From Candidatus Nanoarchaeia archaeon (GTDB lineage: Archaea > Nanobdellota > Nanobdellia > Tiddalikarchaeales > Tiddalikarchaeaceae): DNA of 64,000 bases. The position numbers were made by a program, and so were the translations under genes. The number at the start of each line of letters is the position of its first letter. Position 1 is the stretch's first letter. Below are positions 1 through 7,607 of the stretch, in pieces. The DNA is taken from the NCBI GenBank assembly GCA_041652755.1, contig JBAZGS010000007.1, positions 1,687-65,686 of the forward strand, in the 5' to 3' direction. The notes below the pieces were generated by a model. That model made no database searches, was not told the DNA's origin, and was given only the letters and a program-made list of their open reading frames with translations.

Positions 1-2
1 TT

Positions 3-533
3 ATTCAGAATGATACTTTATGGTTTTGCAGCGCAAGGGAGGGGATTACTGGAATGAAATGGTTCACTGCTAAGTATGCTGGCAATGATACTTGGGTTGA
101 TTGGCAGAGTGCTGGGTTTCCTGACAGTTATGAGGTTGGGGAGTTGCATATTAGCGCTGATGGGAACACTATGTATTATCATTCAGCTAAATCCGGGGGC
201 AAAGGAGGTTATGATCTTTGGAGGACTGAATTGGTTAATGGTTCATGGGCTGAGCCTATTAATGTTGAAGAGTTAAACACTGAATTTACTGAAGGTTGGC
301 CTTATCTGTCCAAAGATGGTTTAGAGTTATGGTTTCTTAGGGTTTATCAAGGCACTCCAGCAGTTATGAAAAGTGTTTGGAATGGCACTGGCTGGGGTGA
401 GCCTGAATTAGTAGTTAGCCAGTTTGCTGGCGAGCCAACTTTTGACAAGGAAGGCAATCTGTATTTCATTCACCATTATTACAATAATAATACTATGATT
501 GAAGCTGACATTTATGTAGCTTACAAAAAATAA
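3..533 (+). CDS. PD40/TolB-like beta-propeller repeat protein, C-terminal fragment (frame open to left window edge)
   Basis: No stop in the frame of ORF 54..533 back to base 3. Blade-like repeats ISADGNTMYYHS..DLW, LSKDGLELWF, FDKEGNLYFI. Confidence 0.55.
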   Translation: MQNDTLWFCSAREGITGMKWFTAKYAGNDTWVDWQSAGFPDSYEVGELHISADGNTMYYHSAKSGGKGGYDLWRTELVNGSWAEPINVEELNTEFTEGWPYLSKDGLELWFLRVYQGTPAVMKSVWNGTGWGEPELVVSQFAGEPTFDKEGNLYFIHHYYNNNTMIEADIYVAYKK

Positions 534-535
534 TA

Positions 536-1768
536 TTATTCAGTGTCAAAGGTTACATTATAGTTTAAATAATATGTGCCGTTAACTGGTGAGCCATTTA
601 TCCAATAGCAAGTGCCATCAGTTATTATTTGCCTACAACTCCAATCAGTTCCGCTTAATCCTGCAGTGTTTGCAACTTTTACCCATACAGTGTATTCTCC
701 TATAGGTAATGATTCTTTATATTCAATTAACTCTTGTCCTAAGGTAGTGCTATCTTCCCATGAATGTCCTGTTATTCCTATTTGCCACGCACCTTCAGGT
801 TTATTAAGAGTTAATTTAACATTTGTTTGTTCCGTTAAAGTAAATGAATAATATTGGTATTGCGATGCTGTGAATACATCAGTAACTTCATCACACATTG
901 ATACTAAGTAAGCATCATCTATTGTATCATGAAGCACTGTTTTGTCTATGGTTTTTGCGCTAAGGCTTAGGCAGCTTTGACTTACTGGAGTCATTGTTGC
1001 TGTTCCCTGCTCTATTGTATTAGAGGGTTCTAGTTCTGAAGTGCTGACAGTTAATCTAAAGCCTAATTTTATAATTCCATTTGCTGGCTCCCCTTTTATC
1101 CAATAGCAAGTGCTTCCTTGAGCGAATTCAAAGCAGCAATTTTCATTTGTGCATGTGCTTGCTAAAGCATTGGTTAATCTTGCATATACAGTGTAAGTGC
1201 CTGCTGGCAATTCTTCTGAGTACTTCACTGCTTGCCCTTCTGATTCTTGCTCAAAACTTTTCCCTATTATTCCTACTTGCCATGCTCCTGATTCAAAGCC
1301 GTCAATCATTAAGTAAATCTTTGTAGGTTCAGTTATTGTAAAAGTGTAATATTTTTGGTTAACGCTGTTCATTACATCCTTGTTCACTGAGCAAACACTA
1401 ACGCTTTTCGCATTAGCTTCAGTGTCTTGTTCAAGGGTTGTTAAAGATAGTTCATTTACTGACAAAGACGAACATATAGTGTCTTCATAAGCAATAGTTT
1501 CATTGATTATTATTTCAGGTTCCAATTCTTCAGTCAAGTTGGTTGAATTGTTTAAAGCAGCTGTATTGTTTGAAGAAGTGTTAGTTATTACTGCATTTGC
1601 TGAATTATTGTTTGTTTGGGTATTAGCAGGTTCAACAACGTTTGTGTTGTTTTGCTCAGAGGTTTGAATGTTTGAGGGTTCGTTTCCTCCGGTGTTAATA
1701 TTTATAGTGCATCCTGAGACTGCAACTAAAACTATCATAAAAATAATGAACACGTTTGAGTTTTTCAT
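536..1768 (-). CDS. Secreted putative lipoprotein with two tandem beta-sandwich (pre-peptidase C-terminal-like) domains
   Basis: Signal peptide ending in lipobox-like VSGC, then an Asn/Thr-rich linker. Two ~150-aa internal repeats (YYTFTITEP..GAWQVGIIG..GTYTVYARL..CYWIKGEPANG vs YYSFTLTEQ..GAWQIGITG..GEYTVWVKV..CYWINGSPVNG). Confidence 0.6.
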   Translation of the reverse strand: MKNSNVFIIFMIVLVAVSGCTININTGGNEPSNIQTSEQNNTNVVEPANTQTNNNSANAVITNTSSNNTAALNNSTNLTEELEPEIIINETIAYEDTICSSLSVNELSLTTLEQDTEANAKSVSVCSVNKDVMNSVNQKYYTFTITEPTKIYLMIDGFESGAWQVGIIGKSFEQESEGQAVKYSEELPAGTYTVYARLTNALASTCTNENCCFEFAQGSTCYWIKGEPANGIIKLGFRLTVSTSELEPSNTIEQGTATMTPVSQSCLSLSAKTIDKTVLHDTIDDAYLVSMCDEVTDVFTASQYQYYSFTLTEQTNVKLTLNKPEGAWQIGITGHSWEDSTTLGQELIEYKESLPIGEYTVWVKVANTAGLSGTDWSCRQIITDGTCYWINGSPVNGTYYLNYNVTFDTE

Positions 1769-2018
1769 AAATCATAAATTATTTAGTGCTTATTTATAAA
1801 TCATTCTTATGGATTAAGTTTATAAGATTGCATTGATGAGTTATTATGTTATGAAATTCGTTGATATTTTGAAAAAATTAGGAATACTTAGATACGGTTC
1901 AACCAAAGCAACTTACAAGAATGCAAAGGAAAGGCCTATTGAGCTGCAGGAAAACGGAGTTTTTAATGCAAAAACTGATTTGATTAATGCTAAAAAGAAA
2001 AAGTGAGCGCTTTCAAAA

Positions 2019-2030
2019 GCTTTATTAAAA
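2019..2030 (+). promoter_or_regulatory. TATA-like box upstream of the structured RNA
   Basis: gctttattaaaa is centred ~27 nt upstream of G2052. The 5S and tRNA genes in this window show similar motif and spacing. Confidence 0.4.
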
Positions 2031-2051
2031 CATTTAATCCTATTATTATTT

Positions 2052-2378
2052 GGAAAGCTAATAATAAATTAGTGGCTTAAAGAAGCTGATTCACGCCTAA
2101 TTATTTGGGTGAGGAACTTCTGCCCACTGAAACTATGCTTTGCATTAGCTCTTAAGGAGTTTTTGCTTAGAAAACAATTAGCAGAAAAGTCCGGCGCTTT
2201 TGAGTAATATGATAGCTTTGCTTGATGTTTCAGCTGCGCTGTTGGAAAAAATTGTTTTGGCATTTGAGGTGCAAGCACTTTTTGTGCGCTTAGTAGAATA
2301 TCAGCTTTAACCAACCGTTATTAGTCTAATGGGGTTTAAGACAAAAGGCAGGGTATCTTTTTGCCATAGTAGCTTTCC
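2052..2378 (+). ncRNA. rnpB: Structured ncRNA, candidate RNase P RNA with atypical layout
   Basis: Terminal helix GGAAAGCUA (2052-2060) / UAGCUUUCC (2370-2378). CR-I-like GAAAAGUCCGG (2184-2194) and CR-V-like GUAGAAUAUCAGCUUUA (2293-2309) can form P4 with a bulged U2190. GC-enriched relative to flanks, TATA upstream, T8 downstream, Rpp21 gene nearby. Confidence 0.5.
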
Positions 2379-2383
2379 AATTA

Positions 2384-2391
2384 TTTTTTTT
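2384..2391 (+). terminator. Oligo-T terminator after the structured RNA
   Basis: T8 run starts 5 nt after the 3' strand of the terminal helix. Confidence 0.4.
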
Positions 2392-2444
2392 AATTATTAT
2401 ATAATAATAACATTTAAAAAAAGAATTATTTCTTTAAAATAAGT

Positions 2445-2672
2445 ATGGCAACTAGTTACAAACCTTCTTTTTCAGATAAATTAAATTATAAGTTGTCGGG
2501 AAGAGTTGCAAAAACAATCTACGCATTAGGTATTTTAACTGGAATTATAACAAGTTTTTATGACCCTTTTGTGGGTATAAGTTTAACTTCTGCAAATATA
2601 GGTCTTTTATGTGGCAATGATTTTAGAAAAAAAGGAGAATCATTAGAAAATTATATATTAAGGACGAAGTAA
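2445..2672 (+). CDS. Small hypothetical membrane protein
   Basis: 75-aa ORF with one or two hydrophobic segments (IYALGILTGIITSFY, ISLTSANIGLLC). No recognisable family. Confidence 0.35.
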   Translation: MATSYKPSFSDKLNYKLSGRVAKTIYALGILTGIITSFYDPFVGISLTSANIGLLCGNDFRKKGESLENYILRTK

Positions 2673-2678
2673 TAAATT

Positions 2679-2876
2679 TTATTTCTTTTTGTCTTCTTTT
2701 AAGATTACTGTTCTTCCTATTTTTTGAACAATTATTCCTGGCAATTCATTAGTGACAAATTCTTTTTTGAGGAATTTTACCTTTATTATTCTGTGGTCTT
2801 TTAGGGCTTTGATTAAGTGCTCCTTGTCCACTCCGTTTTTTCCTATTTGAAATGTTGGCAAATTATCATATTGCAT
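2679..2876 (-). CDS. YhbY/CRM-domain RNA-binding protein
   Basis: PTFQIGKNGV..HRIIKVKFLK..GRTVIL matches the CRS1/YhbY pattern. Overlaps the upstream Rpp21 gene by 11 nt. Confidence 0.7.
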   Translation of the reverse strand: MQYDNLPTFQIGKNGVDKEHLIKALKDHRIIKVKFLKKEFVTNELPGIIVQKIGRTVILKEDKKK

Positions 2877-3144
2877 AGTTAAACCTCTTTATTGTCTTGC
2901 ATTCCTTGCAAGTAATATATCGAGTCTTATTCTTTAATCTTACTAAGCAGTTCTTTCCAGGTATTAAATACTCTCCGCATCCTTTGCATATCCAGCGCTT
3001 GTACTCTTTAGGAATGGGCAAGCCTATCTTTTCGCTGATTTTCTTGGCTAAATAAGTATACCTTTTTGCATTTTTAGGATAAGTCTTGCACATTTTCATG
3101 AGTATTTCAATCCTTTCTAGCCCAATTTGTTCATATTCTTTCAT
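2866..3144 (-). CDS. rnp4: RNase P protein component 4 (Rpp21/Rpr2 family, zinc ribbon)
   Basis: ERIEIL..AKRYTYLAKKI..KRWICKGCGEYLIPGKNCLVRLKNK..ITCKECKTIKRF closely parallels archaeal Rpp21, including the CxxC...CxxC ribbon. Confidence 0.88.
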   Translation of the reverse strand: MKEYEQIGLERIEILMKMCKTYPKNAKRYTYLAKKISEKIGLPIPKEYKRWICKGCGEYLIPGKNCLVRLKNKTRYITCKECKTIKRFNYAI

Positions 3145-3204
3145 TAGTTATATTTAGAATTCCTATTTATTTAAATATAATGAAAAAAAGAAATAAAGTT
3201 TTAT

Positions 3205-3642
3205 TTATTCATTGTCAAAATTGCTTTCGAAATCTTCATCTTCTTGCTCTTCTTCCATGAATTCGTCATCGTCTTGAGCATCATCTTCAAAGATTTCAGT
3301 TCCTTCCCTGTCTTGCTCATCATGCTCTGCATCGCTAGTTTCTTCATTGTCAAAATCTTCTTCAAGCTCATCAAAGTCTGGTTTTTTTGGTTTTATTGAT
3401 TTCAGCAAGTTTTCTTCGCTTTCTGAATAAATGCCTTTAATGGTTATTGATTCAGCTTTTGCAGGGTTTGCTTTCTTTGCAGCTTTCTTTGCAACTTTAG
3501 CCTTTGCAGGCTTAGCTTTCTTTGTATTTTTTGCTTTATGTGTCTTAGCTTTCTTGACAAGTTTCTTTGCAGGATTAGCTTTCTTAGCAACTTTAGCCTT
3601 TAGCGGATTAGCTTTTTTTTGTTTAATATTTTTTGAGACCAT
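3205..3642 (-). CDS. Bipartite protein: Lys/Ala-rich H1-like basic repeats plus strongly acidic C-terminal tail
   Basis: The N-terminal ~65 aa are KKANPxKAKVAKK-type repeats. The C-terminal ~60 aa are D/E-rich (EDDAQDDDEFMEEEQEDEDFE). Confidence 0.65.
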   Translation of the reverse strand: MVSKNIKQKKANPLKAKVAKKANPAKKLVKKAKTHKAKNTKKAKPAKAKVAKKAAKKANPAKAESITIKGIYSESEENLLKSIKPKKPDFDELEEDFDNEETSDAEHDEQDREGTEIFEDDAQDDDEFMEEEQEDEDFESNFDNE

Positions 3643-3737
3643 TTTTTAATATTCCTCCTAGGAGTTTTTATACTAAAAAATTATACCTTTTGAACTTATA
3701 AACTTCTTGGGAAGGCAAAATCCTTGTTAATCAGTTA

Positions 3738-3749
3738 ATTTTTTAAATC
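3738..3749 (+). promoter_or_regulatory. TATA-like box for tRNA-Gly
   Basis: aattttttaaat is centred ~29 nt upstream of the tRNA 5' end. Confidence 0.4.
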
Positions 3750-3772
3750 TCTCAATTTCTAATATTAATATC

Positions 3773-3843
3773 GCATCGGTGGTATAGAGGTAGTATCTTA
3801 GCCTTCCAAGCTGAGGACCCGAGTTCGAATCTCGGCCGATGCA
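3773..3843 (+). tRNA. tRNA-Gly (anticodon UCC)
   Basis: Acceptor GCAUCGG/CCGAUGC plus discriminator A. Anticodon stem UUAGC/GCUGA with loop CUUCCAA. T arm CCGAG-UUCGAAU-CUCGG. No encoded CCA. Confidence 0.9.
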
Positions 3844-3892
3844 AAAATTAATTATAAATATTTTTAAATAAAAAACTTTGATAAATGTTTTT

Positions 3893-4507
3893 ATGAATAA
3901 AGAAAATGTTAAAGAATTGTTGGAAGAGACTATTCAGACTTATGGAAAATATTCTGATTCTTATGAAAAAAAATGGGGTAATTATAAAGGTCTTGAAAAA
4001 ATTGCTGATAGTTTTATTTCTTATTTAAAGGGCTCAAGAGTTATAGATATTGGTTGCGGTCCAGGAAGGGATAGCAAATATTTTAGCGACAAAAATCTTG
4101 ATGTTACTGGAGTTGATTTAACTGATAATTTTTTAAAAATTGCAAAATCCAAGGTTCCTAAAGCTGATTTTTTAAAAATGGACATGAGGCAATTAAGCTT
4201 TAATGATGAATCTTTTGAAGGAGTTTGGTGCAATGGTGCTTTTTTACATATTCCAAAATATGAAAACTCGGCGACTTTGAAAGAATTTTACAGAGTTTTG
4301 AAACCTGAAGGAGTAATGTATTTAAGTGTAAAAATAGGTGAAGGAGAACAAATAGTCAAAAAAGACTATTGGAAAGGTAGGAAATTATTTATTTATTATT
4401 CACAAGAAGAAATAATTGGATTATTAAAAAATACTGGCTTTGAAATAATTAACACCATTATCAGGAATCAGGAAGAGGATTGGATCAATATTATTGCAAG
4501 AAAATAA
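3893..4507 (+). CDS. Class I SAM-dependent methyltransferase
   Basis: Motif I VIDIGCGPGRD; post-I VTGVDL; LKPEGVMYLS. The ATG at 3893 is preferred over the TTG at 3878. Confidence 0.8.
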   Translation: MNKENVKELLEETIQTYGKYSDSYEKKWGNYKGLEKIADSFISYLKGSRVIDIGCGPGRDSKYFSDKNLDVTGVDLTDNFLKIAKSKVPKADFLKMDMRQLSFNDESFEGVWCNGAFLHIPKYENSATLKEFYRVLKPEGVMYLSVKIGEGEQIVKKDYWKGRKLFIYYSQEEIIGLLKNTGFEIINTIIRNQEEDWINIIARK

Positions 4508-4670
4508 CTTATTTCTTTTCTTTTTCATTAATTTTTAAAGTAGAAATAAGAAATATTGGCTCATGATTAACTTTATTATTTTTAGTTTCTTTATTTTATT
4601 TTTGAAATTAATAATATTAAATTTGAGCAATCTCAAAACACTTAAAAAGAATTGAGAGATATATTAATTT

Positions 4671-5417
4671 ATGAAGGTTAGGGATAGGATAAAAATAGTT
4701 CTTGATTCTAAAAAAAAAATTAGCAATCCTTTGTTCATTATTGGATTTCAGGGAGTTGGCATGGTTGGAACACTAGCGTCGCAGCACTTGGCTGACAGCT
4801 TGAATTGCGAATTGATTGGCCACATTGAGTCTGAATACTTGCCCCCTATAGCCATACTTAATGACAGCACTTTAAGCTATCCCATTAGGATTTATTACCA
4901 GAAAAAAAATAATATTGTCATAATTAGCAGCGAGGTTCCTGTTTCTAGTGAATTCGCTTTTGAAATGGGCCATGATATTATTGAACTGATGAATAAGTTC
5001 AAATCAAAAGAAATTATTGTTCTAGAAGGCTTGGTCACCAAGGATGAGCAGCCTAATCATTCCAAAATTTTTGGAGTGCCAACTAATGAGAAGATTAAAA
5101 AATACTTGAATGACAACAAGGTTGAAGTTATTGGGAATGGCGCAATATTAGGCGTTGCTGGCAGCGTATTATTGTCAAGCATACAAAACGGCTTCAAGGG
5201 CTATGCTTTAATGGCTGAAAGCCATATGAATTTGCCTGACGCTTCAGCTGCAAGCGTTATTTTGAAAAAATTGTCTGACATCCTGAAAATTGACATTAAC
5301 ACTAAAGAACTGGACAAGAAAGGATTAGATGTTGACAAGAAAGTTAAGGATATTATGTCAAGCTTGTCAAGGTTCAAAAAAGAAGAAAATGATGATTCTA
5401 AAGTTCTTTATGGTTGA
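4671..5417 (+). CDS. PAC2-family proteasome assembly chaperone-like protein
   Basis: PLFIIGFQGVGMVGTLASQHL..IGHIES..LPP pattern and length typical of archaeal PAC2/DUF75 proteins. Confidence 0.65.
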   Translation: MKVRDRIKIVLDSKKKISNPLFIIGFQGVGMVGTLASQHLADSLNCELIGHIESEYLPPIAILNDSTLSYPIRIYYQKKNNIVIISSEVPVSSEFAFEMGHDIIELMNKFKSKEIIVLEGLVTKDEQPNHSKIFGVPTNEKIKKYLNDNKVEVIGNGAILGVAGSVLLSSIQNGFKGYALMAESHMNLPDASAASVILKKLSDILKIDINTKELDKKGLDVDKKVKDIMSSLSRFKKEENDDSKVLYG

Positions 5418-5423
5418 ACTGAT

Positions 5424-6050
5424 ATGCTTATTATTTTAGATTTGGACGGGACTATTATTGACAGCGAAAAATGCCATTTTAACAGCTTTGTAAAATCTTT
5501 GGAAAGAAACGGGTTCAAGGTTACAAAAGAGATTAAGAACAAGATTAAAAATGTTTTCGGAATGTCTGCTAAGGAAATTATTAGAATCGTTGCTCCAAAA
5601 ATCACTGATGAAAAATTAAGATTGGTTTCTGAAGGTGTTAAAGACATTGCTGTCAATGAAGAGATTAATAAAGTGAAATTAATTAACGGCGCTTTAGAGT
5701 TCATTAAAAAACACAATAAAAATAATGATTTGGCAATCCTTACTAATTCGAGCCAAAAATTCACCAAAGCCATTTTGAAGTCTCTTGGTTTGGCTAAATA
5801 TTTTAAGTTGGTTTTTACCCCTTCGCTGAATATTAAGCCTAAGCCTTCCAGCGAAATGATTGAATTCGCTGTCAAAAAATTAGGGCACTCTAAGAATGAT
5901 TGCATTTTAATAGGCGATTCAATTTATGACTTTATGAGCGCAAAGAATGCTAATGTTAGATTTATTGCAGTTTTGTCAAAGAGCGATTACAAAAAAGAAT
6001 TAAAAAACAAAGCTGAGTGTTTTTTTGACTTGTCCAAGGTTAAAATTTGA
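5424..6050 (+). CDS. HAD-superfamily hydrolase (phosphatase, subfamily IA-like)
   Basis: Motif I LDLDGTIIDS, motif II ILTNS, motif III/IV K..GDSIYD. Confidence 0.8.
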   Translation: MLIILDLDGTIIDSEKCHFNSFVKSLERNGFKVTKEIKNKIKNVFGMSAKEIIRIVAPKITDEKLRLVSEGVKDIAVNEEINKVKLINGALEFIKKHNKNNDLAILTNSSQKFTKAILKSLGLAKYFKLVFTPSLNIKPKPSSEMIEFAVKKLGHSKNDCILIGDSIYDFMSAKNANVRFIAVLSKSDYKKELKNKAECFFDLSKVKI

Positions 6051-6054
6051 GGGA

Positions 6055-6579
6055 TTATTCTTTTTCAAAGCTCACTAAGTAATAATAGATTTTGGCAGTT
6101 TTCCATGCATCCTTTTTTAATCCTGCTTTTTGGCTTAATTCCTGCAGGAATACTTTTTTATCTTTTATTTGCTCCCATACTTGAGGCAAGAATGTTGCGC
6201 TTAATCCTTTGCTTTCAAGGATTATTCCATAGTCTTTTTTTATTTTGCGCAATAATTCAGAAGGTGTTTTGAACAGTATTGGCTTGGCAGGACTTAGGAT
6301 TGAAACCTCTATTTTAACTTTAGTAAGCTCATCTTTTGTTAATGGACTGAACCTGTAATCATTGAATGCTGCATTTATTGCATTATCAACAATGTCTTGC
6401 CATAAAGGCTTTGTTGCAGTTAATGAGCCAATGCAGCCTCTTAGTTTTTTATTGATTGTTAATGTTACAAAGCAGGCTTTTTTTTCGTAATATTTTTTCC
6501 TGTCCTCTCCATTTGGCATGAATTTTTCATTGTTGAAATATTTCTCTAATGATTTTCTTGCAATCTCTGTTAGGTTCAT
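6055..6579 (-). CDS. amrA: AMMECR1-domain protein (AmmeMemoRadiSam system protein A)
   Basis: ACFVTL..LRGCIGSL..FNDYRF.PL..GLSATFLPQVW signature. Confidence 0.85.
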   Translation of the reverse strand: MNLTEIARKSLEKYFNNEKFMPNGEDRKKYYEKKACFVTLTINKKLRGCIGSLTATKPLWQDIVDNAINAAFNDYRFSPLTKDELTKVKIEVSILSPAKPILFKTPSELLRKIKKDYGIILESKGLSATFLPQVWEQIKDKKVFLQELSQKAGLKKDAWKTAKIYYYLVSFEKE

Positions 6580-6583
6580 TTTT

Positions 6584-7573
6584 TTAAAACACTCCTTCTA
6601 TTTTTTCTTTGCAATATTTGCATTCATTTTTTTTCATGTTAACAATTGTTGAATAGCCTATTCTTTTTATAATTGTTTTTTTGCAATTAGGGCAGATAGT
6701 GTCAGTTGTTTCACCCACATTCCCTAGATAAACATTTTTCAAATATTTTTTGCAAATTATATATGAGTCTTTCATTGTTGACAATGAAGTTGGCAATTCT
6801 TTCATTAAATAATTTGGAAAATATCTTGATAAGTGAAGGGGGATATTTGGGTCAACGCTTTTTACAAATTTTGCAATTTTTTTAATCTCTTTTTTTGAGT
6901 CATTTTTTTTTGGAATTAATAAGGTTGTAATTTCAATCCATATTTTTAATTTGCTTGCGAGCTTTATTGTTTCAAGCACTGGCTCAAGCTTTGCTTTGCA
7001 TGTCTCTTTGTAGAATTTTTCGCTGAATGATTTTAAGTCAATATTCATTGCATCAACAAAAGGACTTATTTTTTTTAGCGCCTCCTTTGACATGTATCCA
7101 TTTGTGACTAATACATTTTTTATTCCATTTTTTTTGGCTATCTTCATTGTGTCAAGCCAGTACTCTATTGCCACTGTAGGCTCATTATAAGTGTATGCAA
7201 TACTAGAGCATCCTTCACTTTTTGCATTCTTGACTATTTCTTTTGGTGCTAAATTAATTCCAATTTCAGTGTTTGACTCTTGCGAGATTTCGTAATTTTG
7301 GCAGAAGCTGCATTTGAAGTTGCATCCAACAGTGCCTACAGAGTAAGCCATTGTTCCTGGCAAGAAATGATATAAGGGTTTTTTTTCTATAGGGTCAATG
7401 TTTGCTGAGATTGCTTTTCCATAAACCATTAAGTAAAGCTTTCCTTCAATGTTCTTTCTTACTTTGCATATTCCAAAATTATTTTCTTTTATCATGCAAT
7501 AGTGATTGCATGCCAAGCACTTGATATTATCCCCTTTAAGAGTTTTATAGAATAGGCATTCCTTAGCAGGCAT
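6584..7573 (-). CDS. amrS: AmmeMemoRadiSam system radical SAM enzyme
   Basis: CNFKCSFCQNYEIS (CxxxCxxC), an N-terminal Cys cluster, and adjacency to AMMECR1 and Memo genes. Confidence 0.85.
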   Translation of the reverse strand: MPAKECLFYKTLKGDNIKCLACNHYCMIKENNFGICKVRKNIEGKLYLMVYGKAISANIDPIEKKPLYHFLPGTMAYSVGTVGCNFKCSFCQNYEISQESNTEIGINLAPKEIVKNAKSEGCSSIAYTYNEPTVAIEYWLDTMKIAKKNGIKNVLVTNGYMSKEALKKISPFVDAMNIDLKSFSEKFYKETCKAKLEPVLETIKLASKLKIWIEITTLLIPKKNDSKKEIKKIAKFVKSVDPNIPLHLSRYFPNYLMKELPTSLSTMKDSYIICKKYLKNVYLGNVGETTDTICPNCKKTIIKRIGYSTIVNMKKNECKYCKEKIEGVF

Positions 7574-7607
7574 AGATTTTATTAATTATGGATTCATTAA
7601 ATATTTT

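Noticed and set aside
1850-1987. 45-aa ORF (MKFVDILKKLGILRYGSTKATYKNAKERPIELQENGVFNAKTDFD) upstream of the RNA gene
   Set aside because: It is too short, has no recognisable family and no clear promoter or SD. I cannot support it as a gene from sequence alone.
2069-2314. 81-aa minus-strand ORF in the gap between 1768 and 2445
   Set aside because: It lies entirely inside the helix-bounded, promoter- and terminator-framed structured RNA on the opposite strand. It has no SD or TATA of its own and an odd composition (many Q/K/A/S, no motif). It is most likely a chance ORF in GC-enriched RNA-coding DNA.
2052-2378. Alternative reading of the structured RNA as SRP (7S) RNA
   Set aside because: Neither strand shows the helix 8 GGAA/GNAR tetraloop with flanking AGCA / G-rich symmetric-loop motif, nor Alu-domain UGUNR/GGUG loops. 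The CR-I/CR-V-like motifs and bulged-U P4 fit RNase P better.
5408-5905. Long antisense or alternative-frame ORFs throughout the window
   Set aside because: Examples are 5408-5905, 15846-16229, 22307-22576, 24108-24449, 52373-52687, 61415-61738 and the many 60-90-aa entries. Each overlaps a motif-supported gene on the other strand or frame. Their products are low-complexity Leu/Ser/Phe/Ile-rich, as expected from AT-rich antisense sequence.
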